From NCBI GenBank assembly GCA_963761305.1, contig CAVXGK010000002.1, forward strand, positions 1,280,001 through 1,344,000: 64,000 nt of DNA, written 5' to 3'. A program made the translations under genes and the position numbers. The notes under the pieces are model-generated. The model saw only the letters and a program-made list of their open reading frames with translations, had not been told where the DNA came from and did not search any database. Shown here piece after piece: positions 26,731 to 36,395 of the stretch (its first letter is position 1; every line of letters starts with the position of its first letter). Source of the DNA: an uncultured Gemmatimonadaceae bacterium (lineage in GTDB: Bacteria > Gemmatimonadota > Gemmatimonadetes > Gemmatimonadales > Gemmatimonadaceae).

Positions 26731-28056
26731 GGCGACCGCCGGCAGCACGCGTCCGCGGCACTCGCCGAATCCGATTCGGCGCGCGCCCGGACGCTCGCAA
26801 TGGCCGCGCAGAATTACTTCGTCGCCGTCCTGCAGGAAGGTGCGCGTCTCGCCATTCGGCAGCGCGATCGGTTCCGTGCCGCGCCACGCGCGCTCCAGCA
26901 AGCAGCCGCGCGACTCTTTCGTCGCGCCGGACACCGTTCCGCTGCCGAGGAGATCGCCGGGGCGCAGGTTGCAGCCGTTGCTCGCGTGATGGGTGATGAG
27001 CTGGGCGACGGTCCAGTACATGTCGGCGAACGATCCGCGGCTGAGCAGCGCGGGGCTCGTCTTGGCGTCGCGCATCATCTGCGTCGTGAGATAGACCTCG
27101 AGCGTGATCGCGAATCCACCCGCCTCCGCGTCGGCCGAATTCTGGAGATAGGCGAGCGGCTCGGGATCGCCTTCAGCGCGCGGACGCGCCGGCGCGCGAA
27201 AGGGCGCGAGCGCGTCGAGCGTGACGACCCACGGCGAGATCGACGTCGCGAAGCTCTTGGCCAGGAAGGGACCGAGCGGTTGGTATTCCCACGTCTGGAT
27301 GTCGCGCGCCGACCAGTCGTTCAGCAGACAGAGACCGAAGAGGTGCTCCTCCGCCGCGCGGATTGGAATTCTCTCACCGAGCGGATTCCCGCCGCCGATG
27401 AAGGCGCCCACCTCGAGCTCGTAGTCGAGTCGCCGGCTCGGACCGAACGTTGGCGAAATGGCGTCGCCGTCGCGCGTTTGCCCCACCGGACGCACGACCT
27501 TGGTGCCGCTGACCACCACCGACGATGCCCGTCCGTGATAGCCGATCGGTATCCACTTGTAGTTCGGGAGCAGCGGATTGTCGGGGCGCAGCATTGTGCC
27601 GACGTTCGTCGCGTGCTCGATCGACGCGTAGAAGTCCGAATAGTCGCCGACCGCCACGGGCACCAGCAGCTCCGCCTCGCTCATCGGAACGAGGTACGGC
27701 TCGACCTGCGGCGCGGTCGACGCGTTGGCCTCGCCATCGCTCAGTAGTTCGCTCACGGCGGCGCGCAGTACTCGTGCACCGTCGCGCCCGCGCGCCATCA
27801 CGGCGTTCAGCGTCACCTCGCCGAGGCGACCGACGAGATCGTCGTCGAGCGACGGCAGGTTGCCGTGTCTCGCGCACCCGATGAGATCGAGAATCTGGTC
27901 GCCGATCGCGACGCCGATGCGCCCTGCGTCCACCGTTCCGCGCCGGCGAAAGACGCCGAGCGGAAGATTTTGAATGGGAAAATCGCTCTCGCGCGCGTTC
28001 GCGACGGCCACCCACGACGTGAGCGTGGGGTCGTGGGTGCGGTCGAGCTCGATCAC
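26719..28056 (-). CDS. fahA: Fumarylacetoacetase
   Basis: Motifs DFPIQNLP, DFYASIEHATNVG, YHGRASS, LDYELE, NDWSARDIQ and PLGPFLAKSF. Confidence 0.96.
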   Translation of the reverse strand: MIELDRTHDPTLTSWVAVANARESDFPIQNLPLGVFRRRGTVDAGRIGVAIGDQILDLIGCARHGNLPSLDDDLVGRLGEVTLNAVMARGRDGARVLRAAVSELLSDGEANASTAPQVEPYLVPMSEAELLVPVAVGDYSDFYASIEHATNVGTMLRPDNPLLPNYKWIPIGYHGRASSVVVSGTKVVRPVGQTRDGDAISPTFGPSRRLDYELEVGAFIGGGNPLGERIPIRAAEEHLFGLCLLNDWSARDIQTWEYQPLGPFLAKSFATSISPWVVTLDALAPFRAPARPRAEGDPEPLAYLQNSADAEAGGFAITLEVYLTTQMMRDAKTSPALLSRGSFADMYWTVAQLITHHASNGCNLRPGDLLGSGTVSGATKESRGCLLERAWRGTEPIALPNGETRTFLQDGDEVILRGHCERPGARRIGFGECRGRVLPAVASAV

Positions 28057-28988
28057 GGGAGGAGCGCCATGGAGCGGAGCTCGTCCACCGGCTCTCGAAA
28101 CGAGCACGAACCGAACGAGCCGAACATGCGGCCGTGGGTCGCGGCGAGTTGCGCCGATTCCAAATGGTGTCCTCGCCAGTCGACGCCGCGATCGCTGAAC
28201 GAGAACGACGACGCGTCGCGCTCCTCGAGCAGCCGCACGGCGTCGTCGTCAGGCATTCCCGCGGCGAGAAACGCGGCGGCGAGGAACACGTTGAGAAATC
28301 CGAACATCGACCCGCGCGGTGCGTTCGGCGCGTAGGTGAGCGCGTAGGATCCGGTGAGCGGATGATGCAGCCCCGCCGTCGCCTTGAACGGCACGCCGGC
28401 GTCGAGACAGACGCGCATGAAGCGCGCGACCGCACGCGCCGGCGGAAACGCGTCGGCGGTGACGCCGCCCGTTCGAATCTTCGCGCGAACACCCGCCGCG
28501 CGCGCGGCGTCGACGAGCAGATCCAGCGTCACACCTCCGTCGAGCGGCAGCTCGGCGAACACCTCGAATCCGGACGCGGCTCGCGAGGCGAGCTGGTAGA
28601 TCACGTCGGGGCGATCGGCTTTCGCCTCGATCGCGTCGACGACGCCGGCGCTTCGAGCAATCCGCGCGTTGAAATCGGCGACCGCGTCGAGATCCGCGGT
28701 GATGTTCACGCCGAGCACGGCACTGACCCGCACATCAGACGCGTCGGCGGCGCGGAGCGAATCGGCAAGCTCGTTCAACCGCGCCGCCGGTACGACGAAT
28801 CTGCCGAGCATCGGCGCGTCGTCGCTCGCGCGATACGACGCGTAGTTGCGAACCGCGGTGTCCATGTCGAGCGCAGCGGGCGGAAACAATCCGGCGTAGT
28901 CGATCGCGCCCGTCAGTAGCTGGCGCAGCAAAGCGGACGCGGCGTGCGCTCTCGTCGAGGCCGTTGGAGTGCCGGGGCCGCCGCTCAT
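28053..28988 (-). CDS. Conserved hypothetical protein coupled to fahA
   Basis: Motifs IDYAGLFPPA, KIRTGG, PFKATAGLHHP, GFLN and SFGSCSFREP. GTGA overlap with fahA. Confidence 0.85.
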   Translation of the reverse strand: MSGGPGTPTASTRAHAASALLRQLLTGAIDYAGLFPPAALDMDTAVRNYASYRASDDAPMLGRFVVPAARLNELADSLRAADASDVRVSAVLGVNITADLDAVADFNARIARSAGVVDAIEAKADRPDVIYQLASRAASGFEVFAELPLDGGVTLDLLVDAARAAGVRAKIRTGGVTADAFPPARAVARFMRVCLDAGVPFKATAGLHHPLTGSYALTYAPNAPRGSMFGFLNVFLAAAFLAAGMPDDDAVRLLEERDASSFSFSDRGVDWRGHHLESAQLAATHGRMFGSFGSCSFREPVDELRSMALLP

Positions 28989-29031
28989 CCGACGAAAATA
29001 GCGGCCCCTACCCGCTCGGAAAAAGAGGTTT

Positions 29032-29126
29032 AACGCAGATGCCGCAGATTCGAAAAGCAATGCCGCAGATGACCCGTCTTTTGGTCATCTGCGGCATTGC
29101 TGTTGAGGATCTGCGGTATCTGTGTT
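29032..29126. repeat. Nested long inverted repeat (REP-like, GCCGCAGAT units)
   Basis: 19-bp perfect inner IR (29056-29074 / 29083-29101) and 18-bp outer IR with two G-T substitutions. Confidence 0.85.
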
Positions 29127-29166
29127 TCCTGTCCGGACGCCGTGGTGCCGATTGCCCTCGAACGGG

Positions 29167-29793
29167 CTAGAAGTCGAACTTCAATCCCGCCGTCAGCGCG
29201 AAGTTGTTCGCCGTCTGCCCGGTGAGTCCGAGTCCGGTCACGTCCTGAAAGTTGAACTGCCCGATGTAGTCCTTCGCCATCACGCGCAGCGCGATGCCGC
29301 GGCCGACCGCGAAGTCGGCGCCCGCTCCGACGTTACCGGCCAGATTCGTCGCCGTGGTCGTGAGGAAGTCCGCGTCGATGTTGTAGTGCATTGCGCCGAC
29401 GCCGGCCTGGATGAACGGCGAGAACGCGAGCGAGCTGGTCTTCGTCGCGCCGAAGTTGTACTGGAGATCCGCGTCGTAGATGTACATCTGGCTGTGCCCC
29501 ACATCGATGCCGCTGAGGAACGGCACACCGATCTGGAAGTCCGACGACGTGTAGCCAAGGTTGCCGACCAACGACACGTTCTTCGACATCGGCAGATCCA
29601 GCTGCGTGCCGTACATGAGTCCGGGTGAATTCGTGAGACTCGTCCCGAATGGACCCTTCAGATAGTCGCCGAACATCATGTAGCCGACGTACGGTGTGAT
29701 GTGCACCTGCGGCGCAGACTCCGGGGTCTGTGCGCCGACTGACGCGGCAACGAGGGTTGAGACCCCGATGGCGATGTTGCGAAGGCTGCGCAT
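29167..29793 (-). CDS. Outer membrane beta-barrel protein (OmpA-like TM domain)
   Basis: Signal peptide, alternating aromatic beta-strands, PFIQAGVG, and terminal Phe (GLKFDF). Confidence 0.88.
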   Translation of the reverse strand: MRSLRNIAIGVSTLVAASVGAQTPESAPQVHITPYVGYMMFGDYLKGPFGTSLTNSPGLMYGTQLDLPMSKNVSLVGNLGYTSSDFQIGVPFLSGIDVGHSQMYIYDADLQYNFGATKTSSLAFSPFIQAGVGAMHYNIDADFLTTTATNLAGNVGAGADFAVGRGIALRVMAKDYIGQFNFQDVTGLGLTGQTANNFALTAGLKFDF

Positions 29794-30003
29794 ATGAATT
29801 CGAGGTTGATGTGAGGTTTCGCGAGGTTCGCTGCGACTCCTTGGGAAGGCATGCCAAGGACCAACTGTTTCGCAGATGGCCAAGCACGTCGAACTCGTTC
29901 GCGGTGCGCGAGTTACGTCAGATTGCGGAATCTTTGTGGCGGTCGTCGGCGTCCGCGAACGGGGACGAAACAGCGTCCCCGCGAAGCGTCGCCCGGCGAC
30001 AAA

Positions 30004-30339
30004 TCACTTGGCTCGCGACAATCGCCAGCCGAAGCGCGCGAGCGACACGCGGCCGCCCGCGTTGACGGTGACCCCTTCGCGCGCGAGGCGAATGCGCTGC
30101 GTCGTCCCGGAGCTCGAACTCACACGCTCCAGGCTCAGCCGTCCCTGCGCGTTGATGACGCGGTGCCACGGGACGCTGGTGCCGTCTGGCAGCGCGGCCA
30201 ACGCGTAGCCGACCTGCCGAGCGTGACCCGGCAGACCCGCGATGCGCGCGACGTTTCCATAGGTCGTGACTTTGCCGCTCGGAATGCGGCGAACGACCGC
30301 GTAGATGCGCGCGTAGGTACCGCGCGCCCCCCCCGTCAC
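30004..30339 (-). CDS. Alkyltransferase-like (ATL/YbaZ-type, MGMT family) DNA-binding protein
   Basis: IPSGKVTTYG, ARQVG and PWHRV (Trp in place of the catalytic Cys). GTG start at 30339. Confidence 0.9.
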   Translation of the reverse strand: MTGGARGTYARIYAVVRRIPSGKVTTYGNVARIAGLPGHARQVGYALAALPDGTSVPWHRVINAQGRLSLERVSSSSGTTQRIRLAREGVTVNAGGRVSLARFGWRLSRAK

Positions 30340-31287
30340 ACCGCGCCGCTGAAGGCGAGCGTGTTGCTCGTCGTCGAGCTCGTCGCGTCGAGCTTGGGCC
30401 GGCACGCCAGCCGTTCCCGGATGAGAGACGTCACGTCGGCGAGTTCTTTGCCGACGAGCTCGAGCCGGGGCGGACGCACGGCGGCGTTGCCCTGCCCGAC
30501 TTCCGTCTGCACGAGCTTGATGAGCTGGACGAACTTCGGAACCGTGTCGAGGCGAAGCAGCGGCAGGAACCACTCGTACAGCGCCCGCGCTTCGTCCAGC
30601 CGGCCGTCGCGCGCCAACTCGAACACGCGCACCGACTCGAGCGGCAGCGCATTCACCAAGCCCGCGACCCAACCCGTCGCGCCCATCGGGATGGACTCGA
30701 GAATGGCGTCGTCCATGCCCGCGAAAATGGCGAGGCGGTCGCCCAGCGTTTCGTGAATCGCCGTGATTCGACGCACGTCGCCGCTCGATTCCTTCACGGC
30801 GTGGAGATTCGCGTGCGCCGTGAGCTCGACAAGCTGCGGCGGTGACACGTCGGTGCCGTACGCGATCGGATTGTTGTACAGCATGCACGACAGACTCGTC
30901 GCGCCGATGACCGCGTCGTAGTGGGCCTTGGTCTCGCGCCAGTCGCCGCGATAGACGTACGGCGGCAGCACCATGAGTCCGTCGCATCCCGCGGCCTGGG
31001 CGCGGTGCGCCAGCGCGACGCATTCCGCGGTCGCCAATCCGGCGATGCCGGCGACGGCCGGCACGTCACTGCCGAGCGCGCGGCGGCACGTCTCGAGAAT
31101 ACTCACCTTCTCGTCGAACTGGAGCGTGGCCGCCTCGCCCAAGCGACCCGAGCGCCACCACGCCGCGACAGCCGGAATCGGTCAGCCACCGAACGTGTTT
31201 CTCGAGTCGCGGATGGTCGACCGCGAGCCCCGCGCCGAACGGGGTGGTGATGGCGGGAAATACGCCTTGCCAGTCGCGCTGCTGCAT
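30336..31287 (-). pseudogene. DapA/DHDPS-family protein, probable 1-pyrroline-4-hydroxy-2-carboxylate deaminase, split by a +1 frameshift
   Basis: N-terminus WQGVFPAITTPF...GSLG is in one frame and GEAATL...YNNP...AVKES in another. One extra G in CTTGGGCGAG at ~31138-31140 accounts for the split. It may be a sequencing error. Confidence 0.8.
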
Positions 31288-31325
31288 CGTTGGCGAGCTC
31301 CTTCAGGGTTCGATGTTCGTCCGAC

Positions 31326-32594
31326 TCACACATTTCTCTCGAGCAGTGCGCCGACGGCCGTCGGTTGAACCGGCACGTGCGGTGCCTCGCGCGGCCAGCC
31401 CCACATGTATTCCAGCGCGACGCCGCACACGCGCCCTTGGCAGGGACCCATTCCCACGCGCGTGTACAGCTTGGCCTGTCGAGGCGTCCAGGTTTGGTCC
31501 AGCTCCCCGAGCCGGACGTCCTCGCAGCGACAGACAATCGTGTCGCCAGTCGCGAGCCCGCGCAACTCGGCCCGCAGGGCGAATCCTTCGGCGAGCCAAT
31601 CGGCCTCTCGGCGCAAGCGCGCCCGCGAGCGGCGGAGTCCGGTCGAGGGCTCGCGGCCTGCCGCCACCAGCCCGGCGATCTCGCCCTCCACGAGCGACAG
31701 GTCGACGCCACCAATTCCTGTCGGTTCGCCGGCGCAAAACACGCCGGGCACGTTGGTCGCCTGCCGGTCGTCCACTTCTACGCCATTCTCTCCCACGGCG
31801 CATCCGACAAAGCTCGGAAGCTCGACGTTGGGTACGAGCCCGAACGCCGTGGCCACGATGTCGCACTCGATCGTGCGCGAGGACGCGCCATCGGTGAGTG
31901 TCACCGACTCGACACGCCCGTTCCCATTGGCGCTCGCGATCCACCTTCCCGTCGAGTAGGTCGTACCGGCGATCCGCGCTCGGAGCACCGCAGCCTGGAG
32001 CGCGCGCCGCGGTGTGCGCCACAAACGCGCCGCGAATCGCGCTACGCGCGCGAACGGCGCCTGCTCCGCCACCATGACCACACGAGCGCCGTGCGACGCC
32101 AGCGACGCCGCCACGGCGAGCACGAGCGGACCCGTGCCGGCGACGACGACGCGTTTTTCTCGCACCGGCATTCCCGATTTCATCAACGCTTGCGCGCCCC
32201 CGACACCAAACACGTTGGGCAGCGTCCATCCCGGGAACGGGAGAAACAGCTCGCGAGCTCCGGTCGCGAGCACGATCGCCGACGTCTCGATCGTGACGAG
32301 TCCCCCGTCCCCGTGCCCTTCGGCGAATACTCGAAAACCGGCGCGCGTCTTTTCGACGTCGACAACGCTCGTCGCGCTTCGAATCGCCGCGCCGCTGCGC
32401 GCGAGACGGTCGACCCATCGCCGCGACGCGAACGCGCGGTGACCGTCGCGCGTGGCGCGCCAGATCTGGCCGCCGGGCGCGAGTCCCTCGTCCACGAGCA
32501 GTGCGCGCGCTCCGATTTCCGCGGCACGCGACGCCGCGGCCATGCCCGCCGGTCCGCCGCCGACGACGAGGACGTCGCACGAGGCACGCGTCAT
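31326..32594 (-). CDS. FAD/NAD oxidoreductase, D-hydroxyproline dehydrogenase alpha-type subunit (HcnB-like)
   Basis: Motifs GGGPAG, LATGARE, PGWTLP, VCRCEDV and GMGPCQGRVCG. Confidence 0.88.
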   Translation of the reverse strand: MTRASCDVLVVGGGPAGMAAASRAAEIGARALLVDEGLAPGGQIWRATRDGHRAFASRRWVDRLARSGAAIRSATSVVDVEKTRAGFRVFAEGHGDGGLVTIETSAIVLATGARELFLPFPGWTLPNVFGVGGAQALMKSGMPVREKRVVVAGTGPLVLAVAASLASHGARVVMVAEQAPFARVARFAARLWRTPRRALQAAVLRARIAGTTYSTGRWIASANGNGRVESVTLTDGASSRTIECDIVATAFGLVPNVELPSFVGCAVGENGVEVDDRQATNVPGVFCAGEPTGIGGVDLSLVEGEIAGLVAAGREPSTGLRRSRARLRREADWLAEGFALRAELRGLATGDTIVCRCEDVRLGELDQTWTPRQAKLYTRVGMGPCQGRVCGVALEYMWGWPREAPHVPVQPTAVGALLERNV

Positions 32595-32848
32595 CGCTGC
32601 ACCTTGCCGGCGAGCACGCTCATTCCCGGACGCACGCGCGTGAGGCACGACCGGCGCTGCTCCACGCCGTCGATCGTCACGCGACACTCGTAGCACGTGC
32701 CCATGCTGCAGAGCGGGGCGCGCGGTTCGCCGCGCTCCGAGATGCGAAACACCGTCTCGCCCAACGCAAGCAGCGCCGCGGCCACGGTCGATCCGTGATC
32801 GACCTGCACCACACGGCCGTTCACGCTGATCGCGATCTTGTCGGTCAC
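32591..32848 (-). CDS. 2Fe-2S subunit (HcnA-like) of the hydroxyproline dehydrogenase
   Basis: CSMGTCYEC...RSC cysteine motif. GTG start at 32848. Confidence 0.88.
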   Translation of the reverse strand: MTDKIAISVNGRVVQVDHGSTVAAALLALGETVFRISERGEPRAPLCSMGTCYECRVTIDGVEQRRSCLTRVRPGMSVLAGKVQR

Positions 32849-33996
32849 GCGGGCACCTGCGCGTGCTGCCCGTGTCGCGCGTCGTGCGGCATCGCGCGCG
32901 TCGCCGCGAACGGCGCCGCGTCGATGGCCGGCTTCCGTCCGGCAACGAGATCGGCGAGCACTCTCGCCGTGGCGAGCGACGTCGTGATGCCAAGTCCCTC
33001 GTGCCCGGCGGCGATCCACACGCCGGGAATCGGATCCCAGGGGCCGATCAGCGGCAGCTTGTCGTCAGTGGCCGGACGAAATCCGGTCCAGCATCTGATC
33101 ACCGACAGATCTACGAGCGCCGGCACGAACTCCACCGCACGCTCGAGCATTCGCGCCAACACGGCGCGGTTGATCGACGCGTCCCATCCGACGAGCTCGC
33201 GCGACGAGCCGATCATCACTTGGCCGGTTCGACGCGGCTGAAGATTGAACGCGACCGATTCGGTGGTCATCGAGTGCGCGCTGGCGAGATATCCGAGCTC
33301 GACGAGTTGGTGACGACACACGAACGACGCGCGGTCGGTGATCGCGAGGTGGCCCTTGCGCGGCACGATCGGAAGGTCGGGCACGAGTTGCGCGGCGCGC
33401 GCCCCGGCGGCGTTCACGACGACGTCGGCGTGCAGCGTCTCACCGTTCGTCAGCCGCACGAGTCGCGCACCCAGCGAGGCGACGGACGTCGCTTCACGCA
33501 ACTTCGCGCCGGCCGCCGTCGCGCGACGAAGCAACTCGATCGCCGCGCCGGGCGGATACACGACCGAATCCCCCGGCACGCGAAGCGCGCCGGCGAGACC
33601 GGCACGCAGCTCGGGCTCGGCGTCGGCGAGTTGTTTTTCGTCGAGCACTTCGGTGGCGACGCCGACGCCGGCGTACGCGGCGCGTTTTTCGTCGAGCGCC
33701 GCGAGTTGCGACCCGTCCTCGGCGATCCAGAGCGTGCCGCAGCGATCGACTTCAGATCGCCGGTCTTGATCGAGCCCGATCTCGCGCCACAGCCGGTCTG
33801 AGTATGCGGTGAGCGCGAGCTGCGCCGGCGAATCGTCCATGACGACGATGTGCCCCATACCCGCGGCGGTCGTGCCCGATGCGGCGAACGACGCTTCGAG
33901 AATCGTGACGCGCCATCCGTCTCGAGCGAGCGCTTCCGCGCACGCCGCACCGACGATGCCCGCCCCGACGACGATCGCGTCGGACGTCGCCGGCAT
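32845..33996 (-). CDS. DAO-family FAD oxidoreductase, D-hydroxyproline dehydrogenase catalytic subunit (HcnC-like)
   Basis: Motifs GAGIVG, TAAGMGH, PRKGHL, GFRPAT and GHEGLGIT. Confidence 0.9.
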   Translation of the reverse strand: MPATSDAIVVGAGIVGAACAEALARDGWRVTILEASFAASGTTAAGMGHIVVMDDSPAQLALTAYSDRLWREIGLDQDRRSEVDRCGTLWIAEDGSQLAALDEKRAAYAGVGVATEVLDEKQLADAEPELRAGLAGALRVPGDSVVYPPGAAIELLRRATAAGAKLREATSVASLGARLVRLTNGETLHADVVVNAAGARAAQLVPDLPIVPRKGHLAITDRASFVCRHQLVELGYLASAHSMTTESVAFNLQPRRTGQVMIGSSRELVGWDASINRAVLARMLERAVEFVPALVDLSVIRCWTGFRPATDDKLPLIGPWDPIPGVWIAAGHEGLGITTSLATARVLADLVAGRKPAIDAAPFAATRAMPHDARHGQHAQVPA

Positions 33997-33997
33997 G

Positions 33998-34954
33998 TCA
34001 GCCGCCGATGCCGAAGCGGAACGGATCGGCGGGGTCGAACCGCAGCGTCGAGTCGCCGGTGATGAAGGCGCGGCCGCGGATGTGCGGAATCAGCTCGCCG
34101 CCGCCGCCGCGCGTGAGCCAGCCGGTGAACCGCCCGCCGGTGATGCTCTCCTGCCGCCAGGGCTGCTCGAACGCCAGCGAGCCGCGCTCGTGCAGCGCGG
34201 CCATCGCCGCCGACGTGCCGGTGCCGCACGGCGAGCGATCGTATTCACCGCCCGAGCAGAGCACAAAATTCCGCGCGTCCGACTCGCGGTCGTGCGGCAT
34301 CCCCGACAGCTCGATGTGGTCGATCGGCACACCGCCCGCCGGACGCCGCTCGTCGATCGCCGATTGAATCGATCGCGTGAGATGCATCAGCTCGTCCACG
34401 TTCGACATGTCGAGCGCCGACTCGACATGTGTGATGAAGAACCAGTTGCCGCCGTACGCGACGTCGCCGACGACGCGGCCGCATCCCGGCACGTCGATCG
34501 ACACGTCCAGCGCGTGGGCTTTCGCAGCGACGTTCTCGATCGTCACCGATCCGTCGTCGTTCAACTCGGCAGACACGGGACCGACCGGCGTGTCGAAGCG
34601 CGCGACTCCGGGCGTCAGACGTCCGAGGTGTTCCAGCGTGCGCACGACGCCGATCAGCCCGTGGCCGCACATGCCGAGGTACGTCTCGTTGTTGAAGAAG
34701 ACGATGCCGGCTTGCGAATCGGGCGACACGGGAGGCGTGAGCAGCGCGCCGACGATCGCGGCGTGCCCCCGCGGTTCGCAGACAACGCCGCGCCGCAGAT
34801 GGTCCGCATTCCGACGGAGGTCGTCGCGCCGCTCGGACATCGTCGCGCCGGCCGGTTGCGGCCAGCCGTCGACGATCACGCGAGTCGGCTCTCCTTCCGT
34901 GTGGGAATCGACGACGCGCAGGAGAAGCGCGTCGCCGCTCGTTCGGTCAGGCAT
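33998..34954 (-). CDS. 4-hydroxyproline 2-epimerase (proline racemase family)
   Basis: DSHTEGEPTR, catalytic MCGH and DRSPCGTGT. IVGA and NFVLC are epimerase-type rather than racemase-type residues. Confidence 0.9.
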   Translation of the reverse strand: MPDRTSGDALLLRVVDSHTEGEPTRVIVDGWPQPAGATMSERRDDLRRNADHLRRGVVCEPRGHAAIVGALLTPPVSPDSQAGIVFFNNETYLGMCGHGLIGVVRTLEHLGRLTPGVARFDTPVGPVSAELNDDGSVTIENVAAKAHALDVSIDVPGCGRVVGDVAYGGNWFFITHVESALDMSNVDELMHLTRSIQSAIDERRPAGGVPIDHIELSGMPHDRESDARNFVLCSGGEYDRSPCGTGTSAAMAALHERGSLAFEQPWRQESITGGRFTGWLTRGGGGELIPHIRGRAFITGDSTLRFDPADPFRFGIGG

Positions 34955-36395
34955 TGAGCTGGACGGTCTTGATCTCGGTGTAAAATTCGCGCGCCGCCGG
35001 ACCCTGCTCGCGACTGCCCGAGCTCGAGCCCTTCATGCCGCCGAACGGCGCGTGCGGATCGACGCCGGTCGTGTCGCCGTTCACGCGAACCATGCCGACC
35101 TCGATCTGGTCGATGTAGCGGAGCGCGCTCCGCACGTCGCGCGTGAAGAGCGCCGCGCTCAATCCGTAAACCGTGTCGTTGGCGAGCGTGACCGCGTGCT
35201 CGAGATCGTCGGCGGCAAAGCTCGTAAGCACGGGGCCGAACAGCTCGCGTCGCGCCAGGTCGGAATCGGTCGGCGCGTTTCGCAGAACAGTCGGCGCGAC
35301 GAAGTAGCCCTTGGCGAATTCGCTCGACGACGGGACGTCGCCGACGTACACGCGCTCGGCAGTCGATTCGTCGAGCACGCGGCGGATCGAGTCGCGCGAC
35401 AACGCGCTGATGACCGGGCCGATCGCCGACGCGGGATCCGTCACGGGGCCGAGCGGGAGCGCCGCGATGCGAGTCCGAAGGCGGTCGAGGAAATCGGCTT
35501 CGACTTCTCGCGCGACGACGACGCGACTCGTCGCTGTGCACTTCTGCCCCGCGTAGCGCATGGCGCCGGCGGCGGTGAGGTTGGCGGCGAGATCGAGGTC
35601 CGCGTCGCGCAGGACGATCGCGACGTTCTTGCCGCCCATCTCCGTCTGATAGCGGATGTTTCGCGCGGCCGCGGCGGCAGCCACCGTCGCGCCGATGCGG
35701 CCGGACCCGGTGAAGCTCACGGCGCGCACTTCGTCGGCGTCGACGAGTCGCGAGCCCACGACGTCGCCAGCGCCCAGCAGGACGTTGAACACGCCTTTTG
35801 GAATTCCCGCCGACGCGGCACACTCGGCGAGGATCGTCGCCGACTGCGACGACGACTCGGCCGGCTTGAGCACGACGGTGTTGCCGAACGCCAGTGCCGG
35901 CGCCGCTTTCCAGAGTGGAATCGCGACCGGGAAATTCCACGGCGTGATGAGCGCGACCACGCCGAGTGGGCGTCGCAGCGTGAACTGAAGCGAGCCGGCG
36001 GTTTGCGCGGGGATGACTTCGCCGACGGCACGCACCGCGTCGCCGGCGTAGTAGCGGAGGATCGTGACACAGCGGCCGACTTCACCGCGCGCTTCGCCGA
36101 TCGGCTTTCCGACTTCGCGCGTGACGAGCTGCGCCAATTCGTCGGCGCGCGTTCCGATCGCGTCGGCCCATTTGTAGAGCAGCTCGGCGCGCGCCGGGCC
36201 GGACAAGGCACGCCACGCGGTGAGCGCCGACGCCGCCGATTGCACGGCGACGTCGACGTCGTCACTAGTACCCGCTGGAACGTGCGCGACGACGTCTTCG
36301 GCGTTCGAAGGATTGACGTCGGCGATCCAGCGGTCAGACTGGCTCGAGCGCCACTCCCCGCCGATGAAGTGGCGGAGCTGCGCCGGCGCGGTCAC
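34947..36395 (-). CDS. Aldehyde dehydrogenase (probable alpha-ketoglutaric semialdehyde dehydrogenase)
   Basis: Motifs ITPWNFP, FTGS, EMGGKN, GQKCTA, ELFGP and PFGG; position in the cluster suggests the substrate. Confidence 0.92.
   Translation of the reverse strand: MTAPAQLRHFIGGEWRSSQSDRWIADVNPSNAEDVVAHVPAGTSDDVDVAVQSAASALTAWRALSGPARAELLYKWADAIGTRADELAQLVTREVGKPIGEARGEVGRCVTILRYYAGDAVRAVGEVIPAQTAGSLQFTLRRPLGVVALITPWNFPVAIPLWKAAPALAFGNTVVLKPAESSSQSATILAECAASAGIPKGVFNVLLGAGDVVGSRLVDADEVRAVSFTGSGRIGATVAAAAAARNIRYQTEMGGKNVAIVLRDADLDLAANLTAAGAMRYAGQKCTATSRVVVAREVEADFLDRLRTRIAALPLGPVTDPASAIGPVISALSRDSIRRVLDESTAERVYVGDVPSSSEFAKGYFVAPTVLRNAPTDSDLARRELFGPVLTSFAADDLEHAVTLANDTVYGLSAALFTRDVRSALRYIDQIEVGMVRVNGDTTGVDPHAPFGGMKGSSSGSREQGPAAREFYTEIKTVQLNA

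Noticed and set aside
30004..30339. Active O6-methylguanine methyltransferase
   Set aside because: It has PWHRV rather than PCHRV, so it is the non-catalytic ATL type.
31326..33996. Hydrogen cyanide synthase hcnABC
   Set aside because: The subunits are homologous, but the neighbouring epimerase, DapA-family deaminase and aldehyde dehydrogenase point to hydroxyproline catabolism.
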